Shown piece after piece: positions 39,658 through 51,600 of a DNA stretch of 64,000 bases. This DNA is from Callorhinchus milii (Eukaryota). The translations under genes and the position numbers were made by a program. The number at the start of each line of letters is the position of its first letter. The first letter of the stretch is position 1. Under the pieces are notes generated by a model, which was not told the DNA's origin, searched no databases, and saw nothing but the letters and a program-made list of their open reading frames with translations. Where the stretch lies: positions 1 to 64,000 of the forward strand of contig NW_024704892.1 of the NCBI RefSeq assembly GCF_018977255.1. Direction: 5' to 3'.

Positions 39658-40359
39658 TAACACACACCTTCAGCCAGGGACGACAGGCGGGGAATTCATT
39701 TTGAATGTGTCGTGTGATCTTCAGGCCCGTTTTTAAGCAACAGAATAAGATCACATCCAGGGTTCAAACAGGCAATTTAGGATTAACGACTTCACGCTGA
39801 AGCGGGGTTTGAGTCAAGTACTGTAATACATTCGAGTGGAAGGGATTTGGTAAGAGAAAGAGGGGAAAAAGGGGAATTGGGAGGGAATCAGGGTCTGCGA
39901 AGTTGTATGTGGGAGTGATGGTGGAACAGATAGTGTGGGAGGATGGGCGTAAAGAGTGATGGTGAGGGCAATGGACTGTGTAGAAGTAATCGAGGAATAC
40001 AGGGCGTAAGATGGAGGGAGAAATAGATGGGAGGATGTGAGGGATAGTGGTTTGGGAGGGAAGAATAGAGTGTGTGGAGGCAGGGTGTTGGGAGTGAGGA
40101 ATGGGGAGCCACTCGTGTCACAGAGTGGATGCAACTGGTGGAAGGATGGGTGGGGGGTGAGGAGCGTCCTGTGACTCCTGTGACTGGATACAAGGGGGAC
40201 GGTCAGTGTCCATTGGTGAGAGCGTCCGGGCTCTCGTTCTTTACTCACACAAACGTTCCGAATCACTTGCTCTCTGGTGATGTGAGCTCTCGTCCATCTA
40301 AGTGTTTGGTACATTTATACAAGTAATTTCCTGCCCTGACCTCCGATGGGAAGAATGAT

Positions 40360-40492
40360 AATAAGAATAATCCTTGGCATTTGATATAGCGCTTTTCACG
40401 TCGGGAGGACTTCCCAAATCGCTTCACAGAATATAACGTATAGTGAATTGACTGTATATTTGTGGGCGAACGCGGCAGCCAATTGCGCACAT
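40360..40492 (-). mobile_element. SINE 3' fragment
   Basis: catttgatatagcgcttttcacgtcgggaggac...gcggcagccaattgcgcac. Confidence 0.85.
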
Positions 40493-40599
40493 CCTCCCTG
40501 TGCTCATCACCACTCCCTGTGCTCACCCCACTCACTACTAGTACTCAGCCCACTCCCTGTGCTTACAAATCCCCCACACTGTTAACAATATCAGTAAGT

Positions 40600-41342
40600 A
40601 AGCTCTGGAACTCCATCCCCCAGTGACTTCGCCTTGCTTCCTCCCTTTCCTCCTTCAAGGCCGGTCTCAAAAGCTTTCAGCTTGTCCGTGCCTTCAGCTC
40701 CCTTCTCGACTGTCTAAGCCCTCCTCGCTCCCTCCCTTCCCTTCCCTTCCCTCACCCTGACCATTTCCCCCTCCTTGCTCCCTCCCTTCCCTTCCCTCCC
40801 CTCACCCTGACCATTTCCCCCCTTCTCGCTCTCTCCCTTCCCTCCCCTCACTCTGACCATCTCCCCCCTCCTCGTTCCCTCCTTTCCCTTCCCTCCCCCT
40901 GACCATTTCCCCCCTTCTCGCTCCCTCCCTTCCCTCCACTCATCCTGACCATTTCCTCCCTCCTCGCTCCCTCTCTCCCCTCTCCTCACCCTGACCATTT
41001 CCCCCCTCCTCGCTCTGTCCCTTCCTCCCCTCACCCTGACCGTTCCCCCTCCTCTCTCCCACTCTGCCCTCCCCTCACTCTGACCATCTCCCCCTTCCTC
41101 GCTCCCTCTCTCCTCTCCCCTCACCCTGACCATTTCCCCCTTCCTCGCTCTCTCCCTTCCTCTCCTCACCCTGACCATTCTCCCCTCCTCGCCCCCTCTC
41201 TCCCTTCCCCTCACCCTGACCATCTTCCCCTCCTCGCTCTCTCCCTTCCCTCCCCTCACCCTGACCATTTCCCCCCTCCTCGCTCTCTCCCGTCTTCCCC
41301 TCACCCTGACCATTGCCCCATCCTCGCTCCCTCTCTCCCCTC
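40600..41342 (+). repeat. L2 3' end with ~40-bp pyrimidine-rich minisatellite expansion
   Basis: L2 sequence gctctggaactccatcccccag runs into about 15 copies of ctcgctccctcccttccctcccctcaccctgaccatttccccc. Confidence 0.9.
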
Positions 41343-41364
41343 CCAATTGAGCCCAATAGCGGGG

Positions 41365-41545
41365 CCCTGACGTCACGGGCAGCGCGATACGTCACTCCGT
41401 CATTGAGTGACGTCACCGGTCAGCGCAGCACGTCACTTGGACATAGCTTGACGTCACCGAGTCACTGGGCAGTGCGACGCGTCACTCAGCCATGGCGTGG
41501 CGTCACCGCGAAGCTCGGCAGCCCACGACGTCACCGCTTCGCGGT
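41365..41545. promoter_or_regulatory. CpG-rich cluster of CRE/ATF-like motifs
   Basis: Three perfect tgacgtca plus about five more cgtcac half-sites at ~20-30 bp spacing; ccaat boxes just upstream. Confidence 0.5.
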
Positions 41546-41547
41546 CA

Positions 41548-41960
41548 GAGACGCAATGAAGCTCCCACTACACTGTGCATCCGTCCAAACTCCCAGGTCA
41601 GGGTTAGAGACATATTAAAGCTCTCTCTACACTGTGCGTCCACACTCACAGGTCGGGGTTAGAGACACAGTAAAGCTCTCTCTACCCTGGGCTTCCACAC
41701 TCTCAGGTGAGGGTTAGAGACAAAGTAAATCTCCCTCTACCCTGGGCGTCCGTCCACACTCCCAGTTCTGGTTTAGAGACACAGTAAAGCTCCCTCTCCA
41801 CTGTGTGTCCACACTCCCAGGTCAGGGTTACAGACACAGTAAAGCTCCCACTTCGCTGTGTGCCCACACTCCCAGGTTAGGGTTACAGACACAGTAAAGC
41901 TCCCTCTCCACTGTGCGTCCACACTTCCAGGTCAGGATCAGTGCAGATTCCCCTCTCCAC
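41548..41960. repeat. ~51-55 bp tandem repeat
   Basis: Unit agacacagtaaagctccctctacactgtgcgtccacactcccaggtcagggtt, about 7-8 copies; related single copy near 57315-57355. Confidence 0.9.
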
Positions 41961-42061
41961 CGTCGGCAACGCCCGGACACAGGGAGCGGAAACCAATCCC
42001 TGACAGCAAAGCTGTCAAAATATGTGCGCTACTATCCCTCCACACTTTGTGTTGAAGAAGC

Positions 42062-42067
42062 TTTATT
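42062..42067 (-). terminator. Candidate polyadenylation signal of the lectin-mucin gene
   Basis: AATAAA on minus (tttatt on +) about 680 nt after the predicted stop. Confidence 0.4.
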
Positions 42068-42740
42068 GGGAATTGAAACGGTTGCAGAAGTGGTGATACA
42101 AAAGCAAACGGTTACAATACGAAATTTCACATATGTATCCCCAGATTATCCACAACTATTGGATTTAAATAAAGAACCGGTGAAATAAACACCCCCCACC
42201 ACCCTCTCCCCACCCCACCTCCCCCCAATACTCTAACCTTTTTCGTCACAACATTGGTGTAAAGTTGACGCGAGAATGTTAACCCATCACCATCGGCTCA
42301 AACAACAAAAAACATACTTCCATCTCCAGCTAATGCCATCACCCGTAATGCCAATCAATCTATTCAAAACACCACGTCAGAGGTGCGTGTGTCTCTAAAC
42401 TACTTATTATAGGAACCACACGACTGGAAGCAAAGCCCGTGTCCGCTCGGGACGTAAAATATAACGTTACTCTTTTCTGAGCCACAAAGTAACACAACGC
42501 ATATAACCACAACTATTCGATTACAATAAATAAGCGGTAAAATATCCCCCTTCGTCACAACATTGGAGCAAAGCTGAGCGCAAGATTGTTAACCCATCAC
42601 TGTTCAAACAACACGGGGCAGAAACACAAGCAATCCTAATACCCTCTGAAGCCAGGGTTAAGGCAGCAACTGCTGAGAAAATAGGACACAAGTTGTGCTG
42701 AGGCATTGCCGGCCTTTCCTTAGCCTGGTCGCCTCATCCG

Positions 42741-44593
42741 TCAGGTATTCTTGCCAGACGAGCGTTCCTTGAGCTTCACTCTCCCGAAAGTCAAGTTGGG
42801 TAATGCTTTTTTCAGCCTCTCGTGTAACTGAATAAAACAATCAATTAACCTGTAGATTAGAGCGGCTCAGAGCACAGACTGTAGTGACTTATCGAAAGCT
42901 GGTGGGTTTGTGAAGGACAAAACTATTTAATATGATCGTCATAAAATTCACTGCGATGGATATCGCGTCTTTCATTCTGTTTGTACATCTCAAAGGGCTT
43001 CACAGGCTATAATGTAAAGTGTGTATGTTTTGTAGGCTGAACGGGGCAGCCAATTTGCACGCAGCAAGTTCCCACAAGGAGTGAGCGAGCAATTTTATTT
43101 GGAGGGTAGCTGGCGAGATCACAGGGAGAAACTCCCTTCTCTTTCCAACTGTCCCATGGGGTCTTTGCCGTCCACCTGAAACAGGAAACAGTGACAAGAG
43201 GAAGGCTACAGGAAGCTGTAGCTCAGTGTGTGGTCAGGGCTGGAGCTCATGTTTTCACGCTGTGAAGCAACATTTCATGTCCAATGACTTACCTGCCCCA
43301 AAATCGACGCCTTCAGTTGCTCAAGTTCTTCCGGAGTCGGAGGATTTCCTCGTACGTGATGCCGAGAGTTAGAGGCACAAAATGGCATTCTAAACAAAAA
43401 AAAGTTTCTTTATCTCACATTGAGGCACCGATTCTTCAATAGCTGACCCACAGCTAGAGTCGTAGACGTAACATTGGACATCGCCATAGAGCCACAGCAA
43501 CAATAACCCCGTTTACACAGCGCCTCTCACACAGGGCAGCGACCCAGAGCGCTTGACAGTGATGGATTATGACGCTGAGGTGGGGGGAGGTGACCGTCGG
43601 GTCGGTCAAAGAGGAAGGTCTTCAGGCACGACCTGAAGGTGGGGCAGGAAGGGACTAGAGGGAGAAGTAGAGGAGGCGTGTCCCAAAGTTTGAGGGCACA
43701 GAGGCTGAAAGCGCGGCCATCGATAGTTTCAAGTGACAAAGAGGAGGACGGAGCCAGTCGAGCGGAGACAGTGGGTAAGGACCGGGGAGCTGGGGTGGGT
43801 GGTGGCCGGGTTGGGGAAGACGGGGACGGGTGACGGTTAAGCAGGTCGGAGAGGTATGGAGGTGCGAGGACATGAAGGGATATGAAAACGAGTGAGAGGG
43901 TTCCCTGCGCCATCCTCCCCACACACACAATGGCTCATTCCCTTGAACCCTGTGGCTCCCGTTGCACTGTCTCCCTGATCAGAGATAGGCATGCGAGCGC
44001 CATTGGTGGGATATCATCTTAACTCAACACCGCAAATGTAAGACAATCATTTGGGAAATAACGGGGTTTGTGGGGAAATGTAGCGAATCTGATCAAAAGA
44101 CCTGCCACAATTCAATCAACTCTCTGAAGAGACTTCCTGGGCTGAACGGTCTACTCCTGTCCCCAGTTTGATTACTCTTGAGAGTTAGGTCCCAGTGAGT
44201 CAAAGTGTAGGTTACCGGGCACGGTGAGGTGAGGTAGGGATCAGGTGAGACAGGTGAAGGGAGTTGTGGAGTTTGGGAGGGGGTTGGTGATGGATGTTGG
44301 GGGTTTGGATGGGGTGTTGATGTGGGATTGGGGGCTTGCTGGGTTGTTGGGGTGGGGTTAGGAATTTGGGTTTCGGGGTTGGGGATTGATTGGAGGCAGT
44401 TGGGGATTGGGGTGCTGCGGGTTGGGGTTTCGTGGGGAGAGTCCAGATGACACAGCAAAGACAATGTAAAGAGGTGTCAACTGGTTGAGAATCGCTGAGA
44501 TACAAAGTGGACTGACCAGGATTGTCATCACAGAATCCCTGATCCTCGATGTTCGATGGCCTCATGGGAGGAGAGACGGTGTTGGTTGTCTAT
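42741..44593 (-). CDS. Putative 3' exons of the lectin-mucin gene (44517-44593, 43293-43389, 42741-42827)
   Basis: Strong splice sites (ctctctccacag| and |gtcagt; tttgtttag| and |gtaagt; ttttattcag|). Reconstructed DRQPTPS/PPMRPSNIEDQGFCDDNP-ECHFVPLTLGITY/GNPPTPEELEQLKASILGQ-LHERLKKALPNLTFGRVKLKERSSGKNT* needs a frameshift in each of the first two exons. Confidence 0.55.
43500..43905 (-). mobile_element. Older L2 3' fragment
   Basis: LAPPYLSDLL...IDGRAFSLCALKLWD...FRSCLKTFLFDR. Confidence 0.8.
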
Positions 44594-44744
44594 CTGTGGA
44601 GAGAGGAGAAGCGTTACCAAGAGCGTCTCTGCTCTAACTCCTAGTTATTACTTCAAGCCTTGAGTCCAGGACACGCACCAGGACACATCATCCTTCGTGT
44701 TGCCCCCAATCAGATCGGGCTCTCTTCATATAATTATAATGATA

Positions 44745-45085
44745 TTATTATTATTAAGCCATGCATCTGATACAGCGCCTTAGAACATCTCAATACGTTT
44801 CACAGAATTTACTGTAAAGTTTAGTGACTGTGGAGTTCATGCGTAAAGTGCGGCAGCCCATTTTGCAGCACCAAGTCACACAAACAGCCGTGGATTGAGT
44901 AATCAAATTATTATTATGATTATTTAAAATTTTTTGGCAGTGTATTATTATCCCTGGAAAAGCAAACCACCAAACAATCAACAACCGGGTTCCTATTTAC
45001 TGCTACGGCGTGTGGAGTAAGGAATCGATCCCAGGTCCTCTCGCTTGCAATGCCAGTGCTCTAACCAAAGAGCTTCATGTCCCCA
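44745..45085 (-). mobile_element. Diverged SINE
   Basis: (tta)n tail, cggcagcccattttgcagca body, ctcgcttgcaatgccagtgctctaacca head. Confidence 0.75.
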
Positions 45086-45290
45086 TACTAACCTGCACAA
45101 CCCCACACAAACCTCCACAACCCCACGCTGACATACAAGTCCCCACACTTACCTTCACAACTCCACACTAACTTACACATTCCCACACTAATGTTCACAA
45201 GCCCACACTGAACTACACAACCCGACACTACCCTGCACAACCCCACATTGTCCTTCACAATCACACATTAACCTGGAGGACCCCAAAATG
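45085..45290. repeat. ~20-bp degenerate minisatellite
   Basis: cacaaccccacactaacctt-like unit, about 10 copies. Confidence 0.8.
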
Positions 45291-45603
45291 ACGTCTATTA
45301 AATTCTGTAAACCAGACCAGACACCTGCTTCACTGCCATTGAACTGTGATGACCTTAGTTCAGTTGTAGAACTGATTGAGCAAAACCCCAGAGTCCAATA
45401 GGAGGCTCCAAGTTGTAAAGTTTTACCGTCAGGAACACGGCCCTAACTGGTAACCCAGGGACACTGACCTGGCTAATGAGCAACATCATCTGGAGTGTCT
45501 GACAAGTTGTGTGGTTTGTATCAACTCCACACCAGGAGCTACTGTCTGACTCACTAAACGGTTGGCGATAAGCAGCAGGACAGACTGGTGAGCACTTAAT
45601 CAC

Positions 45604-48600
45604 TTGTCTCAATGTGGGTCCCGGTAACGGTGCTCTCGGGAGTCGCTGTAGGATCTGCTATGTAGGGATAAGGGGAGCTGGGATTTGGAGGAGGAGAGTC
45701 CGAGATCTGGGGAAGGGCAGGTGGAACTGAAAGATCAGAATTGGGAATGAACGAAAAGGTTTGAATTCACGGATGAACATTGTCAGGAGCCACCCTCAGA
45801 AACAGAGGCCCTAACGGGCAGCCCATGGACCCTGATCTAGCTCTGAGCGAGAGGTGGGCTCGGTTGCTGGGCCCTGTGATGGGGTGAAGAAGTCTCTGGC
45901 GGCTGTGGATGGGGTGGTTTCAGGAGCTGCAGTGGACGGAGCTGTTGGTGTGGTTCCCTGTGTAACTTAACATGTGGGAGTTACTGACCATTACATTATC
46001 TCAGATAAAATTGCACCATCTGAAAGAGTAACCTTGCAGCCACAGCCCAAACTATCGGGTAGGTTGTTCCTAGCTAGACAAGCAATGAGAAAGTTTACCA
46101 AACTGAGCTCTCTGCGGAATGCAGTTTTCACCGTTTAGATTCCAGCAGTTTCCCAAACACAAAGTCTGGTCTCCTCAAGCCTTAGCTCTTGCTAATCTGC
46201 ACCTCCCTTTGGAAATAGGCAAACAGATTTGTCCCTCAAGGGAGAGAGAGAGAGAGAGAGAGAGAGAGGCAGAGAGAGAGATGGAGTAAGAGAGAGGGAG
46301 AGGGATAGTGAGAGAGGAAGAGATAGAGAGAAAGAGAGATTGAGAGATAGTAAGCGCATTCCTATCCAACAATCTATCTCTCGGATTTCCATGTGCAGTT
46401 GGGCTGCATGGAAATGTCAGTTGGATTTGTATACTATAAAATACGATTATGGGTTTCCGCGTGTGTCAGATACCTGGCTGCCCGAAAGAAATATATTTCA
46501 GGACGCCACTGCCTAAACGGTGAGCACTTGGCAACTGAAGACAAAATCGTTACAAATTGATTAAGTATTATTATTAATATTATAATTAATATTATTATCC
46601 TGACTGCTGCGGTAATATTAAAGGCTGATCGGAATTTTCCCACCATTTTCATGTGAGACAACTGCCCGGGCACTTACTGGGAGGATCATCTGAAGCAGAG
46701 CGTTTCGGTGTTGTCCCATGAGATGTATCTGCTGAGTGGAGGCTTGTGGTGTCTGTGTGAGACGCGGGAGTCTCGCTTGGAGTCGCCGATGGCTGTGGAT
46801 CTGTGGAGACACAAGAACGGTTACCATGTGCTGCTCCAAATATTTGTGGAGGCCTATAGCTCAGTGGTTAGAGAACACACCAGACGACATGTGTTCGATT
46901 CAAGGGCGGTTTATGGCCAAACGTTGGGCAAGTTTCCTCACTGAACACACACAGACACACACATCTGTTCACCTTGCAGTAAAGACTGGTGCGCCTTTAC
47001 TTACCTCTCACAATTGGTGTCCCGGTAAAGACTCTGTCGTTAGTTGGTTTAGGTATATCTATGCTGGGAGGAGGAGAGCTGGAAGTTGGAGGAGGAGAGT
47101 CCTTGCTCTGGGGAAGGGCAGCTGGATCTGAAAGACCTGAATTGGGAATCAATTATAGGATTTGAAGTAACAGAAGAACTTTGTTCGGAGCCACCATCAA
47201 AATCACAGGCCCTAACTGGCAGCCCAATGAAACTGACCTGGCTTTGAGCGGGAGGTGGGCTGGGTTGCTGATCTCTGTGATGGGGTGAAGGTGTCTCTGG
47301 CGGCTGTGGATGGGGTGGTTTCTGGAGCGGCAGTGGTCGTAGCTCTTGCTGTAATTTCCTCTGTAACTAAAAATGTGGGAGTTAATGTCCCTCGTAATCT
47401 GTTGGCTAAAAATGCACCCGCTGCAAGATTAACCCTGCAGCCCAAACTCTGTCTAACGGCGAGGGTGGTCCTCGCTGGATAAGCAGTGGGAATGTTTACC
47501 AGACAGCGCTTTCAGCGGCATACTATGCAGTTTTCGCTGCTTTGGCTCCAGCAGTTTCCCCAACAGTAATTTTGGTGTCCTCAAACCTTGGCACTTGCCA
47601 ACTTGCGCCTCTCTCTTGAATTATGTAAGCAGGATGTGTCCCTCGAGGGAGAGAGTGCGAGAGAGTGCTTTCCATTCTCATAATCTATCCCTATGATTTC
47701 CATGTGAAGTTGGGCTCCATGGAAATCTCAGTTGGATTTGGATACACTTAAGCACGGTGTTGGTTTTCGATTTGTGTCAGAAACCCGGTTGATCACGATG
47801 ATGGTTTTCCCTGTGTGTCAGACACACGGCTGGTCAGCGTGATGAGTTTCCACGTGTGTCAGACACCCGGCCTTCCAAAATAAACATATGTGTATATAAA
47901 TATATATATGTGTATATATATATACATATAAGTTTGTACTGCTTAAACGTTGAGCACTTGGCAATTCATGACTAAATCGTTGCTAATTTTAATAATTATT
48001 ATTATTATCATGACACCTTGGGAATTCCTAAGGGCTGCTAGAAATTTTCCCACCATTTTCAAGTGAGACAAATTCCGGCACTTACGAGGAGGATCATCAA
48101 ACTTGGAGGCTTCCTGTGTTGACCAATGGGATATATATGCTGAGTGGAGGCTTGTGGTGTCTGTGTGAGACGCGGGAGTCTGGCTTGGAGTCTCCGATGG
48201 CTGTGGATCTGTGGAGACACAATAACGGTTACCATGTGTGGCTCCAAATATTTGTGGAGGCCTATAGCTCAGTGGTTAGAGAACACGCCAGAGGACATGT
48301 CTTCGTTTCAAGGGCGGGTTATGGCCGAACGTTGGGCAAGTTTCCTCACTGAACACACACAGGCACACACATCTTTGTTCACCTTGCAGTAAAGACTGGT
48401 GCGCCTTTACTTACCTGTCACACTTGGTGTCCAGGTAAAGACTCTGTCGTGAGTTGGTTTAGGTACATCTATGCTGGGAGGAGGAGAGCTAGAAGTTGGA
48501 GGAGGAGAGTCCGTGCTCTGCGGAAGGGCAGCTGGATCTGAAAGACCTGAATTAGGAATCAATTATAGGATTTGAAGTAACAGAAGAACTTTGTTCGGAG

Positions 48601-51600
48601 CCACCATCAAAATCACAGCCCCTAACTGGCAGCCCAATGAAACTGACCTGGCTTTGAGCGGGAGGTGGGCTGGGTTGCTGAGCTCTGTGATGGGGTGAAG
48701 GTGTCTCTGGCGGCTGTGAATGGGGTGGGATCAGGAGCGGCAGTGGGCGTAGCTCTTGCTGTATTTTCCTCTGTAACTAAAAATGTGGGAGTTAATATCC
48801 CTCGTAATCTGTTGGCTAAAAATGCACCCGCTGCAAGATTAACCCTGCAGCCCAAACTCTGTCTAACGGCGAGGGTGGTCCTCGCTGGATAAGCAGTGGG
48901 AATGTTTACCAGACAGCGCTTTCAGCGGCATACTATGCAGGTTTCGCTGCTTAGGCTCCAGCAGTTTCCCCAACAGAAATTTTGGGGTCCTCAAACCTTG
49001 GCACTTGCCAACTTGCGCGTCTCTCTTGAATTATGTAAGCAGGATGTGTCCCTCGAGGGAGAGAGTGCGAGAGAGCGCTTTCCATTCTCATGATCTATCC
49101 CTATGAATTCCATGTTTTGTTGGGCTCCATGGAAATCTCAGTTGGATTTAGATACACTTAAGCACGGTGTTGGGTTTCGATTTGTGTCAGAAACCCGGTT
49201 GATCACGATGATGGTTTCAAGGGCGGGTTATGGCCGAACGTTTGGCAAGTTTCCTCACTGAACACACACAGGCACACACATCTTTGTTCACCTTGCAGTA
49301 AAGACTGGTGCGACTTTACTTACCTGTCACTCTTGGTGTCCCGGTAAAGACTCTGTCGTGAGTTGGTTTAGGTAAATCTATGCTGGGAGGAGGAGAGCTA
49401 GAAGTTGGAGGAGGAGAGTCCGTGCTCTGCGGAAGGGCAGCTGGATCTGAAAGACCTGAATTGGGAATCAATTATAGGATTTGAAGTAACAGAAGAACTT
49501 TGTTCGGAGCCACCATCAAAATCACAGCCCCTAACTGGCAGCCCAATGAAACTGACGTGGCTTTGAGCGGGAGGTGGGCTGGGTTGCTGATCTCTGTGAT
49601 GGGGTGAAGGTGTCTCTGGCGGCTGTGGATGGGGTGGTTTCTGGAGCGGCAGTGGTCGTAGCTCTTGCTGTAATTTCCTCTGTAACTAAAAATGTGGGAG
49701 TTAATGTCCCTCGTAATCTGTTGGCTAAAAATGCACCCGCTGCAAGATTAACCCTGCAGCCCAAACTCTGTCTAACGGCGAGGGTGGTCCTCGCTGGATA
49801 AGCAGTGGGAATGTTTACCAGACAGCGCTTTCAGCGGCATACTATGCAGTTTTCGCTGCTTTGGCTCCAGCAGTTTCCCCAACAGTAATTTTGGTGTCCT
49901 CAAACCTTGGCACTTGCCAACTTGCGCCTCTCTCTTGAATTATGTAAGCAGGATGTGTCCCTCGAGGGAGAGAGTGCGAGAGAGTGCTTTCCATTCTCAT
50001 AATCTATCCCTATGATTTCCATGTGAAGTTGGGCTCCATGGAAATCTCAGTTGGATTTGGATACACTTAAGCACGGTGTTGGTTTTCGATTTGTGTCAGA
50101 AACCCGGTTGATCACGATGATGGTTTTCCCTGTGTGTCAGACACACGGCTGGTCAGCGTGATGAGTTTCCACGTGTGTCAGACACCCGGCCTTCCAAAAT
50201 AAACATATGTGTATATAAATATATATATGTGTATATATATATACATATAAGTTTGTACTGCTTAAACGTTGAGCACTTGGCAATTCATGACTAAATCGTT
50301 GCTAATTTTAATAATTATTATTATTATCATGACACCTTGGGAATTCCTAAGGGCTGCTAGAAATTTTCCCACCATTTTCAAGTGAGACAAATTCCCGGCA
50401 CTTACGAGGAGGATCATCAAACTTGGAGGCTTCCTGTGTTGACCAATGGGATATATATGCTGAGTGGAGGCTTGTGGTGTCTGTGTGAGACGCGGGAGTC
50501 TGGCTTGGAGTCTCCGATGGCTGTGGATCTGTGGAGACACAATAACGGTTACCATGTGTGGCTCCAAATATTTGTGGAGGCCTATAGCTCAGTGGTTAGA
50601 GAACACGCCAGAGGACATGTCTTCGTTTCAAGGGCGGGTTATGGCCGAACGTTGGGCAAGTTTCCTCACTGAACACACACAGGCACACACATCTTTGTTC
50701 ACCTTGCAGTAAAGACTGGTGCGCCTTTACTTACCTGTCACACTTGGTGTCCAGGTAAAGACTCTGTCGTGAGTTGGTTTAGGTACATCTATGCTGGGAG
50801 GAGGAGAGCTAGAAGTTGGAGGAGGAGAGTCCGTGCTCTGCGGAAGGGCAGCTGGATCTGAAAGACCTGAATTAGGAATCAATTATAGGATTTGAAGTAA
50901 CAGAAGAACTTTGTTCGGAGCCACCATCAAAATCACAGCCCCTAACTGGCAGCCCAATGAAACTGACCTGGCTTTGAGCGGGAGGTGGGCTGGGTTGCTG
51001 AGCTCTGTGATGGGGTGAAGGTGTCTCTGGCGGCTGTGGAATGGGGTGGGATCAGGAGCGGCAGTGGGCGTAGCTCTTGCTGTATTTTCCTCTGTAACTA
51101 AAAATGTGGGAGTTAATATCCCTCGTAATCTGTTGGCTAAAAATGCACCCGCTGCAAGATTAACCCTGCAGCCCAAACTCTGTCTAACGGCGAGGGTGGT
51201 CCTCGCTGGATAAGCAGTGGGAATGTTTACCAGACAGCGCTTTCAGCGGCATACTATGCAGGTTTCGCTGCTTAGGCTCCAGCAGTTTCCCCAACAGAAA
51301 TTTTGGGGTCCTCAAACCTTGGCACTTGCCAACTTGCGCGTCTCTCTTGAATTATGTAAGCAGGATGTGTCCCTCGAGGGAGAGAGTGCGAGAGAGCGCT
51401 TTCCATTCTCATGATCTATCCCTATGAATTCCATGTTTTGTTGGGCTCCATGGAAATCTCAGTTGGATTTAGATACACTTAAGCACGGTGTTGGGTTTCG
51501 ATTTGTGTCATAAACCCGGTTGATCACGATGATGGTTTCAAGGGCGGGTTATGGCCGAACGTTTGGCAAGTTTCCTCACTGAACACACACAGGCACACAC

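Noticed and set aside
40714-41416. Arg/Gly/Glu-rich 220 aa ORF
   Set aside because: Translation of an L2-derived minisatellite
41365-41545. CRISPR-like repeat-spacer array
   Set aside because: The repeated motif is only 6-8 bp, the context is vertebrate and there are no cas genes
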